A stretch of 62,778 bases of DNA, filler included, from Globobulimina sp. (taxonomy: Eukaryota): assembly GCA_003354225.1 (NCBI GenBank). It is 26 parts of 26 records of this genome, joined end to end, with 100 filler letters (N's around TTAATTAATTAA, not from the genome) between each part and the next. Parts side by side here need not be neighbours in the genome. Positions count along the whole stretch, not along the records: positions 24,200 to 26,518 come from PIVH01007418.1; positions 26,619 to 28,937 come from PIVH01007419.1; positions 29,038 to 31,356 come from PIVH01007420.1; positions 31,457 to 33,775 come from PIVH01007421.1; 22 more parts are not named here. One strand, 5' to 3'. Both the position numbers and the translations under genes were made by a program. Shown in pieces: positions 24,200 through 33,875 of this stretch. Every line of letters starts with the position of its first letter. Within the stretch, counting starts at the first letter, position 1. Under the pieces are notes generated by a model. That model was not told where the DNA came from. It was given only the letters and a program-made list of their open reading frames with translations, and did no database searches.

Positions 24200-26518
24200 A
24201 TAATGCTAATAAAAATATTGGTTTTAATGTGACTAAAACAGTCTGTTTATACGCGTACATTGACATCATTGGAAAAGAGAGCGGTATTCTTTTCTCACAA
24301 TAACAATCATCGCAAATCATAAACGAACAGGATTCACATTTCCAGGCACCATTCTCGGGGATAACTACATAATTTCTACAATGATTACATTCAATGGTTT
24401 CTGTCTCTTTTTCTTTTTCTATTTTATACCAAATTAACGATGATAAGCATAAACATTTTCTTTTTAAATCAGGTTTTTGTTTTTTAGCAATTTTTATTTT
24501 ATCTTTCTCATTTTTTTCTTCTTTTTCTTCTTTTTCTTCTTTTTCATCCTTTTCATCCTTTTCTTCCTTTTCCTGATTATTTTTCTGATTATTACTGTAT
24601 TCATATTCAAAATCATTGGCAGTATCAACAATATCTCTTTCTAAAAACGCATGTTTCATTAATTTAATCAGTAAGTTTTGTTTAATTAAATTCCATTCAT
24701 TTATATTCTTCGTGAATATTAAGCTTTGAGTTGCCACATATTCCATTGCTTCCAACACAGAGAGACAAGGCAGTGCTGATTTATCTCGATCTTCATTTTG
24801 ATAATATAGTAATTTGTATAATTTCTCTTCGCGATATTCCAATCTTTGCTGATAACATTTATATATTTTTCGTGTATTCTGTGAATTTCTCGTAATATAA
24901 TTTTGATGGATTGCCATTTGTATCATAAATGGTATAAACTGTATATTGGATAACTTGCCACCACCTTCGGCGATAAATGATTCATTGAATGCATATCTCC
25001 CAATACAATGTCTCAAATCATCGATAATAATCTCAAAGACCGGCAATGTCAGTTGTGAGCTACCAACATTTTCTGCAATTCTTTGCCAATACGTTTGCAC
25101 TTTTTCTTGGTAATCAAATTCAATGCTTTGCAAACTATTTTTATTGGTTGATTTTATGGGTAGTAAGTTATTGCAGTCACATCCATTGTTTCTTATTTTG
25201 GCGCCTTCCCACTCTTTTTTTTGTTTTTTCGCAGAATGGTCGGCTCGGACTGCAGATCGATGGCAGGAAAAGTGGACCAAATTGAAACTGCACATGGTCG
25301 CAGTACAAAAAGAGTCCGCATTCAGATCATTATTATTTTTATCACTCGAACCAGCAGCAGCCGCCAATGCCATTGCAGTCAATGAGATGCCATTGGACTG
25401 TAAATCTTTATTATTGACATAAATGCCCAACAAATCATTTGGTCGCAAATAATATCCTTCCTTACAAATCATACAACGTATTTTCTGAGATGGCTCGTCT
25501 TGTAATAATATATTATTATTATGTATATTTATATTATTATTGATTTGCATTTGTGCCAGTAATTTATTTCGAAATTTCATTTGCTTTTTTTTCTTTTTTT
25601 CTTTCGTTTTGTTCCGCAATTTACTGAGTTTGTTGGTGATTTTTTTATTATTTTTTGATAACGATGCTAACAATAATTCGGCTTTCGGGCCCACCGCATT
25701 CGAAGTCGACGTATTTTCCATACAATGCAGGATTGGGATTATTTTTAATTCAAATGCCAAGTTTTGAGATTTAAAATGTCCGATCACAATGCCGGTCAAT
25801 ATTGGTAAGACCAGTGGTAACATTTTATTTTTTGATAGTAAATTACTTTATTATTTCGTCGTAATTTTTCTTTTTTTTTTGGTCAAACCACAGGCATTAA
25901 AATTGTCAATGTTATTTTTTAAACACTCGACAATAAAGCCTTCATTCAATGCAATATCTCGAATGATTTTAAATTTTGAAATATTCTCTTCTTTTCCTAA
26001 CACATTACACATTTTAATGAAGCAATTGATAATAAAATCATCCTTTTGTTGCCACAGATATTCACTAAAAAATTCTAACACAATTCGTGCAAACTCTATC
26101 TTATTATTTGCAAAATACGGCAATAATTCACACATTAAAATGTTTAATGAAGCATTATTTTTAATATGTTGACATAAAAAACAGGCTAAAAATTGTTTAA
26201 TATGTTGAATTTCGATACTTTTTCTATTAACAGATTCCGCCGACAAAACCGTCAATAATTTCAACGATTTGGTGGCAATTCTTTGTAGATCTTCATCCTT
26301 TGCTAATTGGGTTAATTGCAATAATTTAATCGTAATTGGCAATAAAATGCAAATGGTATTATATTCTTTTTCGTTCAGTAATAACTGTCGATTTATTTTC
26401 AGTTTGCAGCAATAAAAAAAGGTTTGGAATAACAAGGATAACAATTGTCTTTCAATGGGATCGCCGATTAATTGGTTCATATTCATACACAAAGTAATAA
26501 ATGCGTTTAGTATCAGTT
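24200..26518 (-). CDS. UBR4: UBR4/p600/BIG-like E3 ligase C-terminal region, interrupted by in-frame TAA TAA at 25848-25853
   Basis: CMICKEGY...LLGIY, FNLVHFSCHRSAVRAD, EWEGAKIRN...CNNLLPI (hemiRING), GGGKLSNIQFIPFMIQM. Confidence 0.85.
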
Positions 26519-26618
26519 NNNNNNNNNNNNNNNNNNNNNNNNNNNNNNNNNNNNNNNNNNNNTTAATTAATTAANNNNNNNNNNNNNNNNNNNNNNNNNN
26601 NNNNNNNNNNNNNNNNNN

Positions 26619-28748
26619 CAACCAAATCAAATCCATCCCCTTCACCTCTCTCAAACTAAACACAGTCGGTGACGGTGTAGGCGCCGCAGTCGGCGTCCCC
26701 GTAGGCCATAAATGCTCCCACGAACAGGTCGTATTCATCGATTCATGTATAATCATATCCAAACACTGTGCATCCTCCAACGTATTATTCCCGCCCGGTG
26801 CCGTACACGCACACAAATCCTCGATGCACGCACGCCACAATATACCACAAATGCCAATCTCCTGACAACACCGCTCATATTTCACCACCGTATTCAACCG
26901 ACACGTATCGTTCACCGCACCTATTTTCGCCAAATCATTCTTGCACAAACCAGCATAATACGAGGCATCCACCACTTGAAAATCCATGGCACGCCCTTCT
27001 GCTCTACGTAGTGGCTGTACAGCGACACTTTTATGCACCGGGACCTGCGCATTATTGGTCAATATGTCATGGACATAATCCGCATGCCAGGTATCGGCAA
27101 ACTGCCCAAATATAGCATCACCATTTGGCGGTGCATACGTAACGCCATCTGCACCCAGTAATATATTGTAACACTGATTGGTTGGATCGTTGACCTCATC
27201 CCAGTGACAATCACCGCGCACATACATACCAGTGAGGCCACAGGCGATATTCCGCAAACATAAAGGACAGGAAAATACCGTCCAACTCGCATAATTTCGA
27301 ATTTCAATCACCTGGCCGTCACACATATGATCTCCGGGACAATCGGACCGCTGTGTTTCCCCTTTGTTACACGTGCGGTGGTAGTCTAAATATGCGACGT
27401 CGTACAATTGTAACACAATATTGCCATCTTTGTGGAATATCCGTAGTTGTCCGAATTGTCGCAATACGCCGTTATTCGCATGCGTGGAGGCGCCGCCATC
27501 GTCGTAATCGATGACTAATGGGTCGCTTTCGTGATAGCGACCATTTAAATTAAAATCTGACGATGAACGGCCGGCTACATCGGTACCGATTTGCACAAGC
27601 TATTTATCACAAAAAAAACACATGAATAACTTTCCATTTCGGACTTTTTACATAATATATATTTTCATAGTTGTATATAAAAAATAAAAGTACGAAATGA
27701 AAACAGTTTATGTAAACACTGAACAGTTAAGCTCCTGTCTGTAAATTCAAAAATCCACGGATCGGGTTTCGTATTTAGTATCAACTGATTATTACTAATA
27801 CAGCCGTACGGATTGCCTTTCCACCAACACGTGGTATGCTCGGCTAATACGAAAAAAGGCCAATCTTCATAGTTATTGGCAATATCGCATGGAAATAGAT
27901 AATAATACCAACCTAAACCTTGATAATTGAATTCTGGCACGGAATAATCCACAGCCAATAGTGTAAAATGTGGGTCGCCCCAAGTCACCTCGCCTTTGCA
28001 TGAATGGGTGGGTGCCATGGTTGGTGATGTAGTGCTGGGCGACAGTGTTGGTGCCTCACTTGTTACCGCTTCGCCTTTCAAATAAAATTCGCTGATTGCC
28101 ATATCACCTTCGGGACAGCCCTCAGGTCGGTTGTTATCCATCGTCACATAGAAACCGATTCCCATATCATTGTTGACTGCAAATCCGGTGGCGGACTTTG
28201 TATATATATATAAAAATGTGCGAATGTGCGTATAGTATATGCATATTACACTGAACTGTGACTGTATATGTAAAGGCAGACCAATATCCATTGGTACTGT
28301 CGCCGACCTCTTCGGAAAGTGTGACATCAGTAATTATTACTTTTGTGGTTGAACTTGGAGCATAATAAAATGCAGAAACTTCTGATTGTGCGGATGTAAT
28401 ACATCCGGTGCTTATAAATGTGATGCTCATTTCGGTGATTTTAAAATATTGATTGCCAGAACCAGGGACTAAAGAATCTACCATGAATGTACCGGTCATA
28501 CCACTGGGGCCCCAGACACCGTATCCTACCGAATTTAATATTATTCCTGGTCGAATAGCAATATCATTTAGGACTGCTATCATGGTGATATTAGGTCCTG
28601 TGCTTTGTGCATTTGGATCAACACTTGGATTTTGCCACACGAAATTGTATGATTTTATACCGGCGTTGGTTCCGGTTGAGTCATATGATAATCTTGTTTG
28701 TGAATAGACAATCTGGAACAACACAGCAAACAATGCTATTAAATTCAT
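26619..28748 (-). CDS. Secreted/surface VWD-like protein with Pro/Thr linkers, multi-exon, 3' truncated
   Basis: Signal peptide MNLIALFAVLFQIVYSQ; PTxSP repeats; TWGDPHF VWD signature; ACGLTG, FADTW and ACIEDLCAC C8-like cysteines. Confidence 0.75.
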
Positions 28749-29901
28749 TTTGGTTTATACAATTTCACTTTTTAATATTGCGGATTTATATCCAACTACA
28801 GCGAAAAGTTTTTAATTAAAATGGGAAAGTCATTAGTGATCCCGTAACATCCCTAAAGTTCGATCTTATGATAATATCACAAATCACAATATTGATTATA
28901 TATATGCTGTAGCATTATTTCCTTCGTTGTTTTAAAANNNNNNNNNNNNNNNNNNNNNNNNNNNNNNNNNNNNNNNNNNNNTTAATTAATTAANNNNNNN
29001 NNNNNNNNNNNNNNNNNNNNNNNNNNNNNNNNNNNNNTTTTTTGTTTTTTTTTTTTTTTTTTTTTTTGTTTTTGTTGTTTTTATTTATCACACAATTTCT
29101 CTTTGTCGCGACGTTTAAATTTTTGTGTTGAAGCCATAACTATTTATATTGTTCTTTTTCTTAGTTTTTTGTATCAATACAAAGTGACACTTTTTTGTGT
29201 TTATCTTGAATGTGATTTGTATGTGGTATGTTATAGTATTTTTTTTTGTTATTTTGCCCCACTGTAATCATAGTATTGTTTAATTCCATATAGTGCATGT
29301 TCGAGTGTATTGATTGCATACAAGACTAGTTACTCTCGTTCGTAAATCATAAGCCACCACTCCCTTTGTATACATATCACCAACTCCAAAGTTGAAGCCC
29401 GATCACCTTTGTGACTGCAGTGTTTTGAAGATACAAAATTTTTAAAAATCGTCCAAGAATGTGTTTAGCAAAATCAATTGATTCCACTTTGCAGTGACTA
29501 CTCCTCAATTAATACAATTCGCGAAGGCTCAGCAGGTCCTCAGTTGCTACGTTGCATCAAGATTGGAATAGAGAGAGAGAGACAGGGTGATATATTCAAT
29601 CACCTTGTTTCTCCACTATTATCCTTGAGACAAACTACTATTTATAACATTATATTTGTGTCTTGTTTTATTTATGGGATAAAATGTAAACATTACAAAT
29701 TATATTGTCACTGATTGTGATGCTGCTTTGTTTTTTAATTTATTTAATTGACACCAATTCGCATATGTTTCTTAGATGAAAAAACCATTGAAATCGAATG
29801 TCATTTACCATAAAATATGCGTGTACATTTAAAGCGTTTCTGTTGTACAAAAATGATGTTGAATATCTAACCAATTCAAAACTGTCAACATTTCGTAAAC
29901 A

Positions 29902-30966
29902 ATGGTTGACAGAGACAAATTGCAAATGCGTTTCTATGACAAATTAATGACAAACATGCAACATGTTGCACCCAACAGATATAGCTTCGATATCAATACA
30001 TATGATGAAATATTTACATTTCAAAGACTTCCATTTTATCATCCTGCTGTTTTAGATGATTATCATTATATTATCGCAGAAGTGATACGAAAACATATGT
30101 CACCCTCACTGGCGTCGCAAGGCAAAGCAAAAGCAGCTCCTCAACACAATCTGAACATAGCGTTGGTTGATGTCAAATATACATTGCATTCACTCCAAAC
30201 CAATCATGCAACATTCTGTGATGTCAAGATAATATCTGGCAAATTCAAAAAAAATAAAGCTGGTAAAACGTATAATACATTTTGTATCAATTTGTATGAG
30301 AAAGATAACTTAAAATTGCTATGTTATACGGAACTCACTTTAGTGTATCTCACAAATGCTGCACATGAATCTGTGACAGGTAAACGTCAACAAATGAAAA
30401 TGAAAGAGATCGCCGTAAAGGATTTTAAATTTGTTGATCGACCATCGACTGTCGGCCAATTAACTCAAAAAGGCGTGTTTTTATCCAATTTATCATATTC
30501 AAATGCGGCAGATGTAATATGTTGTGATGGTTTAATTAATTTCGAGAATGGATTTGATGAACATCCGTATATTGGCGGCAGTGGAGACCACATAAATAGT
30601 AATCACGCATCGGACGTATGTCTGCAATTCATTTATTTGTTGGTGAGGAACGCAAAAAGGAATCCATTGCAGCAATCATTGGCGTCGATGGATGAACATT
30701 TTGTTGAGTCAATTGATGCAAACAGTTGTTTAGCTATTTTTAACTCAGAGTTACAATTCAAACGGTTTATGGAATTGGGACAATTTAGTGTAAAATTGAG
30801 AAATGTTAAAATTCATATTTGTAAAGACTGCGATGAGGATTGCTTTGTTTGGAAGATGAAATTGCGATATTCATTTAAAGTGGAAATATGGATGGAACAA
30901 AGAAATCAGATTTGTGTGAAAGCAAAATTAAATTGTTGCCCTCTGTTTTTATCATCATCACTCTAA
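29902..30966 (+). CDS. AfsA/ScbA/BarX-like double hotdog-fold protein (gamma-butyrolactone synthase family)
   Basis: Colinear resemblance to AfsA-family blocks: VDRDKLQ...LMTN...RY; LPFYHP...HYIIAEVIRK; RPSTVGQLTQKGVFLS; HPYIGGSGDHINSNHASDVCLQ; FKRFMELG. Intronless, 354 aa. Confidence 0.65.
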   Translation: MVDRDKLQMRFYDKLMTNMQHVAPNRYSFDINTYDEIFTFQRLPFYHPAVLDDYHYIIAEVIRKHMSPSLASQGKAKAAPQHNLNIALVDVKYTLHSLQTNHATFCDVKIISGKFKKNKAGKTYNTFCINLYEKDNLKLLCYTELTLVYLTNAAHESVTGKRQQMKMKEIAVKDFKFVDRPSTVGQLTQKGVFLSNLSYSNAADVICCDGLINFENGFDEHPYIGGSGDHINSNHASDVCLQFIYLLVRNAKRNPLQQSLASMDEHFVESIDANSCLAIFNSELQFKRFMELGQFSVKLRNVKIHICKDCDEDCFVWKMKLRYSFKVEIWMEQRNQICVKAKLNCCPLFLSSSL

Positions 30967-31097
30967 TAAATTAATTGCTTTTTATATATATATTTGCTGC
31001 AAAGACATTGTGTTCAAGTTATTATAGAAACAGATAGCTATCAAAATGAGGGAGATTTGCAAAACTTTTATTCAACTCAAAAACTTTACTGACATAC

Positions 31098-31356
31098 ATG
31101 AAAGTATTGAAAGAGCCGTTTGTATGGGAATTTGGTGGTGTTCTTGGTATCTTAATTATTATAATTAACCCTATATTATCATCTTATTACGTATTGTTAT
31201 TTGTATTTCTATAGGTGCCACATTAATGATCTTTGGCCTTCCCATTGGTAGCTATTATTTAACAGCATGCGCATTTTATGGACATTTGCTATTGCCATCT
31301 GCTCTCAGTCTTAAATCTTTACAAAATGATACGGTGGCACCATTATTAAATTTTAT
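31098..31356 (+). CDS. ERG4/ERG24/LBR-family sterol reductase, N-terminus only; intron 31147-31214
   Basis: Splicing gives MKVLKEPFVWEFGGVLGATLMIFGLPIGSYYL, matching the EFGG.xG...GLP start of this family. Confidence 0.7.
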
Positions 31357-31456
31357 NNNNNNNNNNNNNNNNNNNNNNNNNNNNNNNNNNNNNNNNNNNN
31401 TTAATTAATTAANNNNNNNNNNNNNNNNNNNNNNNNNNNNNNNNNNNNNNNNNNNN

Positions 31457-31740
31457 TCACCGTTATTGATGACGCCCTGGTTGGCGCCTGCAGGGATTTC
31501 AACGTATGTCGTTGATCTGTCAAATTGAAGGGCTCCGCCCAGCACACCCTCGACCCACACGGCGTCGCCATTTAGCGTGCCATGGCTCGCGTCGGCACTT
31601 GAATCCTTGGCCACCGTGCCGGACCCGTCGTCCAGTTTCCACCATCCCACCAGGCTGGCATCTGCTGCGCCGGCCATGCCGGTCATGAGATGGCTTGTCA
31701 TTAACGTCGCCAAGACCACGTGAACTAGTTTGTGACTCAT
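31457..31740 (-). CDS. Bacterial secreted LamG/concanavalin A-like protein, N-terminus (planctomycete-like)
   Basis: GC-rich; GAAGGAGG ribosome-binding site; signal peptide, then LVGWWKLDDGSGTVAKDSS...HGTLNGD..WVEG..GGALQFD. Confidence 0.8.
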
Positions 31741-31839
31741 CAGAAATCCTCCTTCGTTTTGGTCCGTTTCCTTGAGCATCATCTTTTTTCAATCCATAGT
31801 GTTCATTCCTGAGTCGGTAGAACGAAGCAATTCCTGAAT

Positions 31840-32074
31840 TGCCTTTTAAAATTGCTTGACCAAACTCAATCATTGCCTCATGTCCAGACTTAATCATATT
31901 TTTACAAAATTTTATATCAGAATCAAAATTATCAATTTTATCAAAACTATTATAGCAAGTTCTTCCGGCTAATTCAATCTTTTTTGTTTCGGATGGGGTG
32001 ACATAATAAAGTGAACTTTTACTATGATAGAATTCTGCTATTGTTTGAACTTTATGTTTGACAAATTTTGCCAT
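31840..32074 (-). CDS. thyX: FAD-dependent thymidylate synthase, N-terminal fragment (phage), truncated by a junction
   Basis: AAGGAG ribosome-binding site; IELAGRTCYNS...MIKSGHEAMIEF. Confidence 0.78.
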
Positions 32075-32087
32075 TATATTCTCCTTA

Positions 32088-32121
32088 AAAATCATGTGAC
32101 ACAAAAATGTCACATGATTTT
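32088..32121. terminator. Perfect 14-bp stem-loop between the sliding clamp gene and thyX
   Basis: AAAATCATGTGACA-CAAAAA-TGTCACATGATTTT, abutting the thyX ribosome-binding site. Confidence 0.6.
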
Positions 32122-32126
32122 ATTTT

Positions 32127-32807
32127 CTATCTGTCTATGATGTAAGTACGGATGAAGTACATGAGAGGCATATCTTTAGCTGTATACTTAATCATCTGCT
32201 CAGTAACATTTGCTGAATAATCAGTATTGATCATAATTAGATCTTCGACTTTTGTCATTGCTGTTCCAGATCCTTCACCATCAATTTCAAGAGTGAAATT
32301 TGATTTTGATTCATTATTTTCACTAAAAATTTCAATCGTTCCAACACCATCATCCATTGTAATTCTTAAAACATCTTCTGAAAATCCAAAAATGTTATTA
32401 ACCTTTTTAATTTCTTTGATGTCATCTTCTGTTATTACAAATTTAAAATCAAATTTATCAAATGCTTTATAAGCAGATGCTGCTTTCATTTTTTCAAATG
32501 TTGGCATAGAACCTGCATCTGCAAATTCATATTTCAATTTTCTTGATCCTGATGAAACTTCTACATAATTTTCCTTTTCATTAAAATCAAATTCACAATT
32601 TTCAATTCCAAATACACTAAGGAGTGAATTGAATTTTGTGAAATCCCAAATAGCAAACACAGGAAAGGTTTCTTCTGTATCATACACACAGATAATTGAT
32701 TCTGATGTTGACATTGTTTTGAGACATTTTGCTTCATCTACGACTATGCCATTGTTTATTTGTGACATGTTGTTAAAAATTTCAAACGTTTCTTTACTAA
32801 TCTTCAT
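32127..32807 (-). CDS. T4-like phage DNA polymerase sliding clamp (gp45)
   Basis: MKISKETFEIFNNMSQINNGI...FAIWDFTKFNSLLSVF parallels T4 gp45 MKLSKDT..LLKNFATINSGI...AIYDLNGFLGILSL; 226 aa is the expected size. Confidence 0.85.
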   Translation of the reverse strand: MKISKETFEIFNNMSQINNGIVVDEAKCLKTMSTSESIICVYDTEETFPVFAIWDFTKFNSLLSVFGIENCEFDFNEKENYVEVSSGSRKLKYEFADAGSMPTFEKMKAASAYKAFDKFDFKFVITEDDIKEIKKVNNIFGFSEDVLRITMDDGVGTIEIFSENNESKSNFTLEIDGEGSGTAMTKVEDLIMINTDYSANVTEQMIKYTAKDMPLMYFIRTYIIDR

Positions 32808-32849
32808 AAATTTCCTTAATCATAAATATTCATTTCTCCTTTTATAATA

Positions 32850-33056
32850 TTATTGTTTTATCCACATATTTAAAAAATTCTTTGCTGCTTCATTTGCTAT
32901 TGTATGGATATCACCTTTATTTTTATATTTCTTTTCACTTTTTCTGTATTCATCATAAAAAGACATTGCTATATTAGCTTGATAAGAATAATATAATTCA
33001 TCATCTTCACTAATTGTTTTTCTTACTATTTTATTTGCAACTTTAAACTCGTCCAT
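32850..33056 (-). CDS. Small phage hypothetical protein
   Basis: 68-aa ORF (YYSYQANIAMSFYDE...IANEAAKNFLNMW) overlapping the upstream gene, with an AAGGAG nearby. Confidence 0.6.
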   Translation of the reverse strand: MDEFKVANKIVRKTISEDDELYYSYQANIAMSFYDEYRKSEKKYKNKGDIHTIANEAAKNFLNMWIKQ

Positions 33057-33723
33057 TCATCTCCTTTTCTATTATTTTTTTATATTTATTAAATTTTAAA
33101 AGATAATCCTTTGGATCAAAACATAATCCTTTTCTTTTAACATTACTCAAACCAACATTATAACTTAGAATTGCTTTACTCATATCTCCTTTATTTTGGT
33201 CTAATAAATAATTCAAATAACTACAAGCTACAATTATACAAAACCTATTATCATTTGTCAACAACTCTTTTAGAATTTCATTAGAAAGATAAATATCATT
33301 CTTTTCTAAAAACCATTTTGCTGTGGTCAATTTTATTTGTAATACACCAAAAGATGTTTGATTATCTCCAACCTTTGATACACCAGCTGAAGATTCAATC
33401 AAGCACATTACAGGAATTATTTCTTCAAATCCAAAAAACAATGATTCTTCATAACATTGTTCAATATTCACTTTAATTTCGTCAACATCAACTTCACGTT
33501 CTGTTATTCCAAAATCGCCTGAAGGTGTGAAGCCGCAGCCTGTATTTTTTTGTACAATTTTTTCAAGTGTATTGACAAACTGCATTTTTCTTTTATATAC
33601 AACATCAGGCATAATTGTAAAATCACCTATTTGCATAATATCTGTAAATATTGGTACAAAAAACAATTCGTTTGCTTCGATACCTTTGTAGTTTACAGAA
33701 AACTTTCGTGTTATAGTTCCCAT
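33043..33723 (-). CDS. Phage ORF: capsid-like N-terminus joined to an SLT lytic transglycosylase domain (probably chimeric near 33445)
   Basis: C-terminal half IESS...SFGVLQI...YLNYL...AILSYNVG (SLT motifs I-III); N-terminal half CGFTPSGDFGITEREVDVDEIKVNIEQC resembles tailed-phage major capsid N-termini. Confidence 0.65.
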   Translation of the reverse strand: MGTITRKFSVNYKGIEANELFFVPIFTDIMQIGDFTIMPDVVYKRKMQFVNTLEKIVQKNTGCGFTPSGDFGITEREVDVDEIKVNIEQCYEESLFFGFEEIIPVMCLIESSAGVSKVGDNQTSFGVLQIKLTTAKWFLEKNDIYLSNEILKELLTNDNRFCIIVACSYLNYLLDQNKGDMSKAILSYNVGLSNVKRKGLCFDPKDYLLKFNKYKKIIEKEMNGRV

Positions 33724-33875
33724 TTTTTTAAATTTAATTTAGTTTAGTTATTGAAATTTTGAACCCCAAAAGTTANNNNNNNNNNNNNNNNNNNNNNNNN
33801 NNNNNNNNNNNNNNNNNNNTTAATTAATTAANNNNNNNNNNNNNNNNNNNNNNNNNNNNNNNNNNNNNNNNNNNN

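Noticed and set aside
25848-25853. Stop-codon reassignment (TAA read as Gln)
   Set aside because: Many host-type genes in the window end at TAA, TAG or TGA, and other conserved domains lack in-frame stops; apparent stops elsewhere are explained by introns.
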